64,000 nt of DNA. Origin: Myxococcota bacterium. Its GTDB lineage: Bacteria; Myxococcota_A; UBA796; SXON01. Below are positions 35,665 through 44,973 of the stretch, one piece after another; the first letter of the stretch is position 1, and each line of letters begins with the position of its first letter. The notes beneath the pieces were generated by a model, which saw only the letters and a list, made by a program, of their open reading frames with translations, was not told where the DNA came from and ran no database searches. The stretch spans positions 160,001-224,000 of the forward strand of contig JAZKFH010000003.1 of NCBI GenBank assembly GCA_040386535.1. The letters run 5' to 3'. The position numbers and the translations under genes were made by a program.

Positions 35665-36897
35665 CTAAGCGGGCACGGGATGACGCGCACAGAGCGCGTG
35701 CACTTCGGCGCCCACGGCGTCGAGCCGCGCGTTGTCGTTCCGGTGCTCGAGCGCGTCGGCGATGAGATCCGCCACCCGTGCGGCGTCGACCGCGCCGAGG
35801 CCGCGCGTGGTCATCGCCGGCGTGCCGACACGGATGCCGCTCGTGACGAAGGGGCTGCGCTTCTCGTTGGGGACGGTGTTCTTGTTCACCGTGATGCCGA
35901 CCCGGCCCAGCACCGCCTCGGCGTCCTTGCCGCTGTAGGGCGCGTCGGACAGGTCGATGAGCATCAGGTGGTTGTCGGTGCCGCCGCTGACGAGGCGGAA
36001 CCCACGCTCGGTCAGCCGCGTCGCCATCGCCTGGGCGTTGGCGAGCACCTGGCGCTGGTAGTCCACGAACGAGGGCTCGAGTGCCTCGCGGAACGCGATG
36101 GCCTTGGCAGCGATGACGTGCATCAGCGGGCCGCCCTGGGTGCCCGGGAACACCGCGGAGTTCAGGCCCTTCACGAGGTCCGTGCGCGCGAAGGCCATGC
36201 CGCCGCGGGGCCCGCGGAGGGTCTTGTGCGTGGTCGTCGTGACGTAGTCGCACAGGCCGAACGGGGTCGGGTGCAGCTCGGTCGCGACGAGGCCGGCCAC
36301 GTGCGCGATGTCCGCCACGAGGACGGCGCCGACTTCATCGGCGATTTCGCGGAACGCGACCCAGTCCCAGTGGCGGGGGTAGGCGCTGGCGCCCGTCATG
36401 ATGAGCCGGGGCCGCTCGCGCCGGGCGATGTCGCGCACGGAGTCGAGATCGATGCGGCCATCGTCGTTCACCTTGTAGTGAACGGCCTTGTAGAGCTTTC
36501 CGCTCGAGTTGGCGGGCGACCCGTGGGTGAGGTGGCCGCCGTTCGACAGGTCCAGGCCGAGGATGGTGTCCCCCGCCTTGAGCGCCGCGAGGTAGACCGC
36601 AGCGTTTGCCTGCGCGCCCGAGTGCGGCTGGACGTTGACGCCCTCGCTGCCCTTGAAGAGCGCGAGCGCGCGGTTCCGGGCGATGTCCTCGACCACGTCG
36701 ACGAACTGGCAGCCGCCGTAGTAGCGCTTGCCGGGGAGCCCCTCGGCGTACTTGTTCGTGAGCACGGAGCCGAGGGCCTCGAGCACATCGGCCGAGACGT
36801 AGTTCTCCGACGCGATGAGCTCGAGCTCCTCGCGCTGGCGCACCCGCTCTTGCTCCATCGCCTGGGAGATCTCGGGATCGTTCTTCGCGATGCTCAT
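35665..36897 (-). CDS. glyA: Serine hydroxymethyltransferase
   Basis: [33 protein letters not shown]. Confidence 0.97.
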   Translation of the reverse strand: MSIAKNDPEISQAMEQERVRQREELELIASENYVSADVLEALGSVLTNKYAEGLPGKRYYGGCQFVDVVEDIARNRALALFKGSEGVNVQPHSGAQANAAVYLAALKAGDTILGLDLSNGGHLTHGSPANSSGKLYKAVHYKVNDDGRIDLDSVRDIARRERPRLIMTGASAYPRHWDWVAFREIADEVGAVLVADIAHVAGLVATELHPTPFGLCDYVTTTTHKTLRGPRGGMAFARTDLVKGLNSAVFPGTQGGPLMHVIAAKAIAFREALEPSFVDYQRQVLANAQAMATRLTERGFRLVSGGTDNHLMLIDLSDAPYSGKDAEAVLGRVGITVNKNTVPNEKRSPFVTSGIRVGTPAMTTRGLGAVDAARVADLIADALEHRNDNARLDAVGAEVHALCARHPVPA

Positions 36898-37340
36898 GCC
36901 TTCCCCCCATCCTTCGCCATCATCTTCTCTACCCGGCCCGCGTGGCGGCCGCCCTCGAACGGAGTCGTCAGAAAAGCGTCGACGATGTCTTCGGCGAGGC
37001 CCGATCCCACGACCCGCTGCCCGAGGCACAGGACGTTGGCGTCATTGTGGGCGCGCGTAGCCCGGGCGCTGAACGTGTCCGCCACCACCGCGGCCCGGAC
37101 GCCGGGAATGCGGTTCGCCGTCATCGCCATCCCCTGCCCCGTCCCGCAGACGAGGATGCCACGTTCGACCCCGCCGGAGGTGAGCACCCGACCGAGGGCG
37201 TTCGCGAGGTCGGGGTAGTCACACGAGGCGGACGTGTTCGTGCCGACGTCCTCGACCTCGTGGCCCTGGTCGCGGAGGCGGGCGGCGAGATGGTCCTTGA
37301 GCACGAGGCCCGCGTGATCCGAGCCGATGACGATGCGCAT
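36894..37340 (-). CDS. rpiB: Ribose-5-phosphate isomerase B
   Basis: GSDHAG, DYPD, CGTGQG, HNDANVL, FEGGRH. Confidence 0.96.
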   Translation of the reverse strand: MRIVIGSDHAGLVLKDHLAARLRDQGHEVEDVGTNTSASCDYPDLANALGRVLTSGGVERGILVCGTGQGMAMTANRIPGVRAAVVADTFSARATRAHNDANVLCLGQRVVGSGLAEDIVDAFLTTPFEGGRHAGRVEKMMAKDGGKA

Positions 37341-37342
37341 GG

Positions 37343-38584
37343 TCACTCCTCCCAGCGACGGAACACCAGGCTGGCGTTGGTGCCGCCGAAGCCGAACGCG
37401 TTGGAGACGACGACCCGGGGATCCGCCTTGCGCGCGACGCCGGGCACGTAGTCCAGGTCGCACTGCGGATCGGGGTTCACGAGGTTCGCGGTAGGCGGGA
37501 CGATGCCCGTGTGCAACGTGCGTACCGCCGCGACAGCCTCCACTCCACCAGCGGCGCCGAGCAGGTGCCCAGTCACGCCCTTGGTGCTGGAGATCATCAG
37601 CTTGCGCGCGTGCTCCCCGAAGACGGTCTTGATCGCCTGCGTCTCGCTGGCGTCGTTCTGGGGGGTCGACGTGCCGTGCGCGTTGATGTAGTCGACCTCG
37701 GTGGGGTCGATCCCCGCGGAGGCGAGCGCGAGCCGCATGCACCGGACGGCCCCGGCGCCACCGGGCGCGGGCGCGGTGTCGTGGTGCGCGTCGTTCGTGA
37801 GGGAGTAGCCGACGAGCTCGGCCAGGATTTCGACCCCGCGGGCGCGAGCGTGCTCGAGCTCCTCGAGGATCACGATGCCGGCGCCCTCGCCCATCACGAA
37901 CCCGTCGCGCTCGTTGTCGAACGGGCGGCAGGCGGTGCCGGGATCGTCGTTGCGCTTGGAGAGCGCCTTCATCACCATGAAGCCGGCGATGCCGACGGGG
38001 GTGATCGCGGCCTCGGAGCCGCCGGCGACGACCACGTCGGCGTCCCCGTAGCGGATGGCGCGCCAGGCCTCGCCGATGCTGTGGTTGCCGGTGGCGCACG
38101 CGGTCGTCACGCAGAGGCTCGGCCCCTGCGCGCCGTACTCGATGGCGATGTGGCCGGCGGCCAGGTTCGTGAGCGCCCGCGGGATGAAGAACGGCGAGAG
38201 CCCGCGGTACCCCTCGGCGTCGTACATCCGCGCGCCGAGGACGATCTCCTGCAGCCCGCCGATGCCCGTGCCGACGTACACGCCGAGCCGCGGATCGCCC
38301 TCGGGGCGGCGGACGAGGCCCGCGTGACGGCACGCCTCGTTCGTGGCGACCATGGCGTACTGGGCGAACAGATCGAGCCGCTTGGCGAGCTTGCGACCGA
38401 GGATTCCCTCCCCGTCGAAGCCCTTGACCTCAGCGGCGATCCGAACCGGAAAGCCGGTGGTATCGAAGCGGCTGACGAGGGTGACCCCCGACCGCCCTTC
38501 GACCATGGCCGACCAGGTGGACGACGCGTCCGCCCCACAAGGCGTGACCGCGCCAAGCCCGGTGATGACGACGCGACGACCCAC
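37343..38584 (-). CDS. fabF: Beta-ketoacyl-ACP synthase II
   Basis: RRVVITGLG, TACATG, NAHGTST, GHLLGAAG, NAFGFGG. Confidence 0.96.
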   Translation of the reverse strand: MGRRVVITGLGAVTPCGADASSTWSAMVEGRSGVTLVSRFDTTGFPVRIAAEVKGFDGEGILGRKLAKRLDLFAQYAMVATNEACRHAGLVRRPEGDPRLGVYVGTGIGGLQEIVLGARMYDAEGYRGLSPFFIPRALTNLAAGHIAIEYGAQGPSLCVTTACATGNHSIGEAWRAIRYGDADVVVAGGSEAAITPVGIAGFMVMKALSKRNDDPGTACRPFDNERDGFVMGEGAGIVILEELEHARARGVEILAELVGYSLTNDAHHDTAPAPGGAGAVRCMRLALASAGIDPTEVDYINAHGTSTPQNDASETQAIKTVFGEHARKLMISSTKGVTGHLLGAAGGVEAVAAVRTLHTGIVPPTANLVNPDPQCDLDYVPGVARKADPRVVVSNAFGFGGTNASLVFRRWEE

Positions 38585-38603
38585 TGGGCCTCCGGACCCC
38601 TGA

Positions 38604-38846
38604 CTAATGGGCCTTGTTCTGGATGTAGTCCACGGCGTCCTGCACCGTGGAGATCTTCTCCGCGTCTTCGTCCGGGATCTCGATCCCGAACTCCTTCTCG
38701 ATCGCCATCACCAGCTCGACGATGTCGAGCGAGTCGGCGCCCAGATCGTCGATGAACGACGCATCGGGAATCACCTCGGTTGGGTTCACGCCGAGCGATT
38801 CGGCGATCAGGTCCTTGACGCGACGGACAATCTCTTCAGTGGCCAT
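38604..38846 (-). CDS. acpP: Acyl carrier protein
   Basis: [14 protein letters not shown] phosphopantetheine motif. Confidence 0.97.
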   Translation of the reverse strand: MATEEIVRRVKDLIAESLGVNPTEVIPDASFIDDLGADSLDIVELVMAIEKEFGIEIPDEDAEKISTVQDAVDYIQNKAH

Positions 38847-38983
38847 GGGTATCTCCCGGCGGGGCGGCGCTTTCTATCCGAACCCGCGCACGAAAGCTAC
38901 TCCGGCAGGCCTTCCCGACGCTCGCGCTACGCGATCTTCTCGGCAGAAGCGCGCCTTGGTCATGCGCAAGGACCGTTTGCGCC

Positions 38984-39979
38984 TCAATCGCGAGGGAGGC
39001 GTTGCCCGACGAGGTGCCGCAACGCGGGGAGGAGCCCCGCCTCCGCACACGAGCGGGCGTAGCGGAGCGCGCTGGCCACCGCACGAGGGTCGGCGCGGCC
39101 GTGACCGACCACCGCGACCCCCTCCACACCGAGCAGCAGGGCGCCCCCGACCGCGTCGTAGGCGGTGCGCTGCCGGAACCGACGGATCGCCCCTTGGAGC
39201 AGCCACGCGCCGAGCTGGGCGGTCGGTCGGCGTCGGATCTCGTCGCGCAGCACACGCCCGACGACCTCGACCGTTCCCTCCACCGTCTTGAGCATCACGT
39301 TGCCGACGAACCCGTCACACACGAGCACGTCGCACTCGCCGCGGAGCGCCCCGAGCGGCTCGACGTTGCCGACGAAGTTGAGCGGGAGCGCCTCGAGCTC
39401 GGGCCAGGCCGCGCGCACCTGGGTGTTCCCTTTCCCTCGCTCCTCCCCGTTGGCGAGGAGCCCTACCCGCGGGTGGGCGAGGCCGAGGACCGCGCGCGCG
39501 TACGCGTCCCCCAGCACCGCGAACTGCGCGAGGTGGTGGGGCTTGCAGTCCACGTTGGCGCCGAGGTCGACCAGGACCAGCTGACCACCATCGCGGCGGG
39601 GCACGACGGTCGCCAGGGGCGGACGCTCGATGCCGGGAATGGGCCCGAGCACGTGCAACGCGCTCGCCATCGCCGCGCCCGAGTGACCACAGGTGACCGC
39701 GCCGAGGGCCTGCCCTTCACGGACGAGCTCGAAGATGCGACGGATGGAGGCGCCCGGCTTCTTCCGCAAGGGCGTGGAGGCGGGCTCGTCCATCTCGACC
39801 ACGTCGGGCGCGTGGACGACGGTCAGCCCGCGCGGGACCTTCCCACGCAGGCGATTGGCGTCTCCAACGAGGACGACCGGCACGCCCTGCCGCACCGCGA
39901 GCTCGGCTCCGGCAAGCATGGCATCGGGGGCGTTGTCGCCCCCGAAGGCGTCGAGCGCGATCGGGCGCGGATCCGCCAT
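38984..39979 (-). CDS. plsX: Phosphate acyltransferase PlsX
   Basis: IALDAFGGDNAP, DLGANVD, VCDGFVGN, GGALLLGV..GHG. Confidence 0.95.
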   Translation of the reverse strand: MADPRPIALDAFGGDNAPDAMLAGAELAVRQGVPVVLVGDANRLRGKVPRGLTVVHAPDVVEMDEPASTPLRKKPGASIRRIFELVREGQALGAVTCGHSGAAMASALHVLGPIPGIERPPLATVVPRRDGGQLVLVDLGANVDCKPHHLAQFAVLGDAYARAVLGLAHPRVGLLANGEERGKGNTQVRAAWPELEALPLNFVGNVEPLGALRGECDVLVCDGFVGNVMLKTVEGTVEVVGRVLRDEIRRRPTAQLGAWLLQGAIRRFRQRTAYDAVGGALLLGVEGVAVVGHGRADPRAVASALRYARSCAEAGLLPALRHLVGQRLPRD

Positions 39980-39982
39980 GAC

Positions 39983-40186
39983 CTACTCGGCCGTCGCGAC
40001 GGCCTCGTCGTTGTCCGTGAACACCTTGCGGCCCTTGTAGGTGCCGCAGGAGGGGCACACGTGGTGGCGGAGCTTGGTGCCCGCGCACGCCGGGCACGTC
40101 TCGGTGGCGGCGGTGGCGACGAGAAAATCGTGGGCGCGACGGGTATCGCGGGCACGACGGGAGACGCGCTTCTTGGGAACGGCCAT
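39983..40186 (-). CDS. rpmF: 50S ribosomal protein L32
   Basis: [29 protein letters not shown]. Confidence 0.97.
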   Translation of the reverse strand: MAVPKKRVSRRARDTRRAHDFLVATAATETCPACAGTKLRHHVCPSCGTYKGRKVFTDNDEAVATAE

Positions 40187-40195
40187 GAAAGACTC

Positions 40196-40723
40196 CTAAC
40201 GGGTGGGCTTGACGCCCTTGAGCACGGCGAGACGAGGATCGGGTTGTTCCGGGGGGAGGTCGGCCCGGGAGCGAAAACGTTGGAGGCACGCCGCGTCCGC
40301 CGCGGGATCGAGATCCCCGCAGAGCACGCGGGCCGGCAGTTCGAGCGCGAAGAACTCCCGGACGACGTGGACCAGGTCGAGCGCGACACCGTCGTACTCG
40401 CCGTGGTCCGGCGCCTCCGGGGGGGGATCCTCGTCGACCGTGGTGACGGCGATCTCGTCGAACGGCAGGTACTCGCAGCCGACGGTGCCGGCGACAGAGA
40501 ACTGGAGCGGTTCGGCGCAGCGATCACAGACAACGTTGGCGGCGCCCTCGAGTTGACCGGTCACCACGATGTGGCGCCCCCTGCGGGACACCTCGAGGCG
40601 ACCACCGACCGAGGTGCACTCCCCTCCCAGTCCCTCTCCGCAGCCCACGCGCGCCCAGTCCTGAACCTGCACGGACAAGCCGTGGGTCGGAATGGAGTCG
40701 AGTGAGATGATGGGGAGCGACAC
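40196..40723 (-). CDS. yceD: YceD/DUF177 family protein
   Basis: CDRC, LPARVLC, DPRLAVL; directly upstream of rpmF; AGGAGG RBS. Confidence 0.88.
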   Translation of the reverse strand: MSLPIISLDSIPTHGLSVQVQDWARVGCGEGLGGECTSVGGRLEVSRRGRHIVVTGQLEGAANVVCDRCAEPLQFSVAGTVGCEYLPFDEIAVTTVDEDPPPEAPDHGEYDGVALDLVHVVREFFALELPARVLCGDLDPAADAACLQRFRSRADLPPEQPDPRLAVLKGVKPTR

Positions 40724-40770
40724 GACAGCCTCCTGGAATGATCCAGCCAGTCAAGGGAACAGAGCGGCGC

Positions 40771-40799
40771 GCGTTATCGCACGCCCACCCCCTCGTCAA
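40771..40799 (-). promoter_or_regulatory. Putative sigma70-type promoter of yceD-rpmF operon
   Basis: TTGACG-N17-TAACGC on minus strand. Confidence 0.45.
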
Positions 40800-41722
40800 G
40801 CCGACAGCTCGGGGTGCGCGCACGTCCGATCGCAGCTCCGGATGGCGTTCCGGTGCTTCTCCAGGGCCTTCCACGCGGGGGCCATGTTGTCGGCCAGCCG
40901 CGTGCGATCGCCCTTGAACGGACAGGAGAGGACGGTGCCGTCGGGGAGGAGCTCCAGGCGGAGCGTGCCGACCGGGCACGACCCACGCGTCCGCGCGGCG
41001 CCCGGCCCGTCGTCCTTCATCGCGCGCACGATGTCCACGATGTCGGTGGGGGTGCGGCGGAACGGCGCCTCCTGCTTCGCGACCCAGGAGAGTGCGTCGA
41101 GCGCCCCACTCTCGAACGGCCCCCCCTTCCAGGGCGCGGCGACCTGCACGCCATCGACCCCTACGGACCGGGCCTCCTCACAGAGCGCGCGCAGCTCGGG
41201 CGCCGAGCGCACGTCGAACGGGACCTCGAGGACGATGTCGAGCGGCGCCGCGCGGGAGACACGGGCGGCGAGGAGCGCCGCGATGGCGCGCCGCGTGTCC
41301 GCTACACTCTCTCCGAGGACGGCCTGCTGGGTGGCGTCGTTCACGCCGGCCACGCGCACGAGGATCTGCTCGAGCCCGCAGTCCACCAGCTCGTCCGCGC
41401 GGCGAGAAGTGATGCCCGCCGCGGTGGTGCGCAGGCGTGTGGGGCACTCGAGCCGATGGGCGAAGCGCACCATGTCGGCGAGGAAGGCGTGATCCGCCCG
41501 CGCGACGATGTGTACGGGCAGGGGCCCCGACCACTCGACCACGCGGACGACAGCGTCGTACCACTCCTCCAGCTTCATCGAAGGCGCCGGGATCGGGCCC
41601 GCCGCATCGAGATCGTCGAGCCGCAGGACGAGGCGGGCAGGCCGACCCCCGAGGCCCGCGAGGGCCCTCCCCTCCCGCAGACGGGTCCGGGCGCGGACGA
41701 CGAGTTGTTCCAAAGCCTTCAC
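40796..41722 (-). CDS. Radical-SAM-like protein lacking CxxxCxxC, with SPASM/Twitch-like C-terminus
   Basis: GTG 41722 after GGAGG; radical SAM barrel-like pattern; C-x12-G-x4-C (CPVG..PDGTVLSC) and CDRTC. Confidence 0.68.
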   Translation of the reverse strand: MKALEQLVVRARTRLREGRALAGLGGRPARLVLRLDDLDAAGPIPAPSMKLEEWYDAVVRVVEWSGPLPVHIVARADHAFLADMVRFAHRLECPTRLRTTAAGITSRRADELVDCGLEQILVRVAGVNDATQQAVLGESVADTRRAIAALLAARVSRAAPLDIVLEVPFDVRSAPELRALCEEARSVGVDGVQVAAPWKGGPFESGALDALSWVAKQEAPFRRTPTDIVDIVRAMKDDGPGAARTRGSCPVGTLRLELLPDGTVLSCPFKGDRTRLADNMAPAWKALEKHRNAIRSCDRTCAHPELSA

Positions 41723-41752
41723 AATCCTCCGGGAGGGCAATACGACCGTTCC

Positions 41753-42232
41753 ATGTCGCCCCTCCCCCTCCTAATCTCCCTGCTCGCCGGGTGCGGCACG
41801 GACCCCGTCCAAGAAGACGTGGCCGCCTACCACGACGCGATGACGCCGCTCCTCGCGAAGAACCTCGTGCTCGCACAAGGTTTCCTCGACGTCGCGAGCA
41901 AGGTGAAGAAGGGCGACACCGACGCCCCTCAGATCGCCGAGCGGCTCGTGTCCGAGATCACGCCCGCCGCGGACCAGCTCCGCGCGGAGGCCGAGAAGAT
42001 CGAGCCCGTCACGCCGAAGCTCGGCGAGGCGCATGCCCTGCTCGTCCGTGCCTGGGGCGACCGGGCCGCGTCCTACCACGCGATGAGCGACGCCTGGGCG
42101 CAGAACGACCCCGCGGCGTTCGACCTCGCGCGCAAGAAGAACCTCCAGTCCAAGCTCGACGAAGAGACGTTCTTCCAGACCGTCAACACCATCGCCCAGC
42201 CGTACGGGCTGCTGATCGACCAGTACCCTTGA
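41753..42232 (+). CDS. Helical hypothetical lipoprotein
   Basis: MSPLPLLISLLAGC lipobox; GC3-rich codon usage. Confidence 0.75.
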   Translation: MSPLPLLISLLAGCGTDPVQEDVAAYHDAMTPLLAKNLVLAQGFLDVASKVKKGDTDAPQIAERLVSEITPAADQLRAEAEKIEPVTPKLGEAHALLVRAWGDRAASYHAMSDAWAQNDPAAFDLARKKNLQSKLDEETFFQTVNTIAQPYGLLIDQYP

Positions 42233-42265
42233 AGCAAGAATTCGAACGAGCGTCACCTCGAACCC

Positions 42266-42294
42266 TTGACGCCTGTTCCCCGACTACATAATAG
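42266..42294 (+). promoter_or_regulatory. Putative sigma70-type promoter of tRNA cluster
   Basis: TTGACG-N17-TAATAG followed by GC-rich discriminator, just upstream of tRNA-Gln. Confidence 0.62.
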
Positions 42295-42305
42295 TGCGGC
42301 GCCGG

Positions 42306-42381
42306 TGGGGTGTAGTGTAATCGGCAACACGTCAGGTTCTGGCCCTGAAGACTCTAGGTTCGACCCCTAGCACCCCAACCA
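42306..42381 (+). tRNA. tRNA-Gln (CTG)
   Basis: TGGGGTG/CACCCCA acceptor stem, TCAGG-TTCTGGC-CCTGA anticodon arm, GGTTCGAC, CCA end. Confidence 0.96.
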
Positions 42382-42401
42382 CTTCTCATATGATTCCAGA
42401 C

Positions 42402-42477
42402 GGTCCCATCGTCTAGAGGCCCAGGACAGTGCCCTCTCACGGCATAGACACGGGTTCGAATCCCGTTGGGACTACCA
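42402..42477 (+). tRNA. tRNA-Glu (CTC), copy 1
   Basis: GGTCCCATCGTCTAGAGG..; GTGCC-CTCTCAC-GGCAT anticodon arm; GGTTCGAATCC; CCA end. Confidence 0.97.
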
Positions 42478-42480
42478 TCT

Positions 42481-42520
42481 GAAGCCCCTCCTGGTTCGCA
42501 GGTTCCAGGAGGGGTTTCTT
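42481..42520 (+). terminator. Rho-independent terminator-like hairpin
   Basis: CCCCTCCTGG/CCAGGAGGGG stem followed by TTTCTT. Confidence 0.75.
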
Positions 42521-42588
42521 CATCCGACGCGGCCACGTCGGAGCCGAGCGGTCGGGGCGCAATCCCCGCTCGTTCACGGACCTTTCTC

Positions 42589-42664
42589 GGTCCCATCGTC
42601 TAGAGGCCCAGGACAGTGCCCTCTCACGGCATAGACACGGGTTCGAATCCCGTTGGGACTACCA
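42589..42664 (+). tRNA. tRNA-Glu (CTC), copy 2
   Basis: Identical to 42402-42477. Confidence 0.97.
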
Positions 42665-42669
42665 TCCAG

Positions 42670-42704
42670 AGCCCCCCGTCACCCCCCGGTGGCGGGGGGT
42701 TCTT
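42670..42704 (+). terminator. Rho-independent terminator-like hairpin
   Basis: CCCCCCGTCACC/GGTGGCGGGGGG stem followed by TTCTT. Confidence 0.75.
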
Positions 42705-42781
42705 CGTTCGCGCACGGCACGACGAGAACCGTGCGACGAGGCCCCGTCAAGCGCGCGCGAAATCTGTTAGAAGGCGCTCGC

Positions 42782-44893
42782 ATGCAACATCGTGGACTCA
42801 CTCTAGATCCGTTCCAGCAGACTGCCATCGAGGCGCTCGAAGCCGGCAAGTCCGTGCTCGTCTGCGCGCCGACGGGCACCGGCAAGACGATCATCGCCGA
42901 CTTCGTGGTCGATCGGGCGCTCGCCCGCGGGCGCGACGTGATCTACACCGCGCCCATCAAGGCGCTCTCCAACCAGAAGTTCCGCGACTACACGCGGCTT
43001 CATGGCGAGGAGAAGGTCGGGCTCCTCACGGGTGACCTCGTCATCCGCCGCGAGGCCCCGTGCCGCGTGATGACCACGGAGATCCTACGCAACATGTTGC
43101 TGGCGGGCGAGACCCTGCCGCAGCTGGACGCGGTGGTCATCGACGAGATCCACTTCCTCGACGACCGCGAGCGCGGCACCACCTGGGAGGAGCTGCTCAT
43201 CTATCTGCCGCCCCACGTGCAGATCGTGGGCCTCTCGGCCACCTTGCAGAACATGCAGGCGTTCGCCGATTGGATGTCGCACGTGCGCGGCGCCCAGGTC
43301 GAGGTGGTCCAGGAGACGCGCCGGAACGTCCCGTTGCAGGCCTGGATCTGCAACCTGGACGACGGGCTCCTGCACCCCGCCGACTTCGACAAGGCCCACC
43401 AGCGCTGGGAGCGCCAGCACGCCAAGGAGATTGCCCGTGGCGCCGAGCGCGGCCATCACCGCGGCGGGGACAACCGCGGGCATCGCGGCCGCACGCCCCG
43501 GATGGGCCCGTCCACCTCACACATGGACGTGTTCGACCACCTGCGCGAGCATGACCTGCTCCCGACGCTCTACTTCGCGTTCAGCCGCAAGACGGTGGAG
43601 AACTACGCGCGCGGCCTCGGCGGTCGCCTTCGCCGTTCTCTCCTGAACACGGACGAGCAGGCGCGGATGCAGGTCGAGCTGGACGCGTTCGCCGCCACGG
43701 ACGGTGGCAAGGTGCTCGACGAGGAGCTCCGCGGCCTGTACGAGCGCGGCATCGCCTTCCACCACGCCGGCACGAACGTGCTCCTCAAGGCGCTGGTCGA
43801 GGAGCTCTACGAGAAGCGGCTCGTCAAGATCCTCTACTGCACGAGCACCTTCGCGCTCGGCATCAACATGCCCGCGCGGTCGGTCGTGTTCGACGGGCTC
43901 CGCAAGTTCGACGGGCAATCGCTGCGCCCGCTTCGCACCCGCGAGTTCATGCAGAAGGCCGGGCGCGCCGGGCGCCGCGGGATGGACCAGGTCGGTCACG
44001 TCGTGATCCGCATGGACCACGAGGACTGGAACGACGTCCGCGGGCAGCTCCAGTCGTACCTGCGCGGCGAGCCCGAGCCCGTCCGCTCCAGCTTCGCACT
44101 GTCGTTCAACTCCATCGTGAACCTGCTCCACACGAGCCCGCAGGAGCGCATTCGCGAGGTCGTCGACAAGTCGTTCCTCACGTTCTCGCGTCGCGCCGAG
44201 GCGGCGCTCGACATGGCCGAGGCCGACCGGCTGGAGAAGGAGCTCGAGGAGCAGGGCGGCAGCAAGAAGGGCCGCAAGAACGTGACGCGCCTCCAGGAGC
44301 GCGCGCGCTCCATCGAGGATCGCAGCTGGGAGGAGTTCCAGCGCAAGGTCGAGTTCCTCAAGAAGGTCGGCTACCTCGACACGGACGGGAGCTTCGGCGC
44401 GGGCGCCAAGGTGCTCCTGAACATCCAGATCGAGGAGATCTTCGTCACCGAGCTCATCTTGTCCGGGATGCTCGAGGACCTTCCCCTGCCCCTCCTGTTC
44501 GGCCTCTTCTGCTCCGTGAACAAGGAGTTCGGGCGCGACGTTCGCCTCCGCCCCGTCAAGGGCGCCGACCTCGCGCTCGGCCGGGAAGCGAACAAGCTCC
44601 GGTACTCCCCCATCGTCACCGGCGCGGAGGAGCTGACCGGCATCGGCGTCACCTGGTGCCCCGACATGATCCCGTTCGGGCGCATGTGGGCCGAGGGCCA
44701 CAGCCTCACCGACCTGATGACGAACCTCGAGTCCCCCACCGACATCAGCGGGGACCTCGTGGGCGCCTTCCGCCGCGCGAAGGACCTCGTGGGCCAGCTC
44801 AAGGCCGTGCACGCGGGCGATCCCGACCGCGCCAACGCGCTCGCCGAGTTGATCCGCAGCGTGTCGCGTGACGAGGTCCTGGTCGTCGACTGA
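42782..44893 (+). CDS. Ski2/HelY-like DExH-box RNA helicase
   Basis: APTGTGKT, PIKALSNQK, DEIH, LSAT, GINMPA, QKAGRAGRRG, DSHCT-like C-terminus. Confidence 0.93.
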   Translation: MQHRGLTLDPFQQTAIEALEAGKSVLVCAPTGTGKTIIADFVVDRALARGRDVIYTAPIKALSNQKFRDYTRLHGEEKVGLLTGDLVIRREAPCRVMTTEILRNMLLAGETLPQLDAVVIDEIHFLDDRERGTTWEELLIYLPPHVQIVGLSATLQNMQAFADWMSHVRGAQVEVVQETRRNVPLQAWICNLDDGLLHPADFDKAHQRWERQHAKEIARGAERGHHRGGDNRGHRGRTPRMGPSTSHMDVFDHLREHDLLPTLYFAFSRKTVENYARGLGGRLRRSLLNTDEQARMQVELDAFAATDGGKVLDEELRGLYERGIAFHHAGTNVLLKALVEELYEKRLVKILYCTSTFALGINMPARSVVFDGLRKFDGQSLRPLRTREFMQKAGRAGRRGMDQVGHVVIRMDHEDWNDVRGQLQSYLRGEPEPVRSSFALSFNSIVNLLHTSPQERIREVVDKSFLTFSRRAEAALDMAEADRLEKELEEQGGSKKGRKNVTRLQERARSIEDRSWEEFQRKVEFLKKVGYLDTDGSFGAGAKVLLNIQIEEIFVTELILSGMLEDLPLPLLFGLFCSVNKEFGRDVRLRPVKGADLALGREANKLRYSPIVTGAEELTGIGVTWCPDMIPFGRMWAEGHSLTDLMTNLESPTDISGDLVGAFRRAKDLVGQLKAVHAGDPDRANALAELIRSVSRDEVLVVD

Positions 44894-44973
44894 GGAGCGC
44901 GTTCGGCGCGGCGTCACCCGTTCGTTGCACGCGGGGGTGGGGCCGCATACCCTCCCGCTGGAGCTTCCAGCGG

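Noticed and set aside
40726..40754. TTGACT as -35 box for yceD
   Set aside because: No -10-like hexamer at 16-18 bp; the position collides with the RBS
42402..42664. tRNA-Glu duplication as attL/attR of an integrated element
   Set aside because: Both copies are full length, 111 bp apart, with no integrase or cargo
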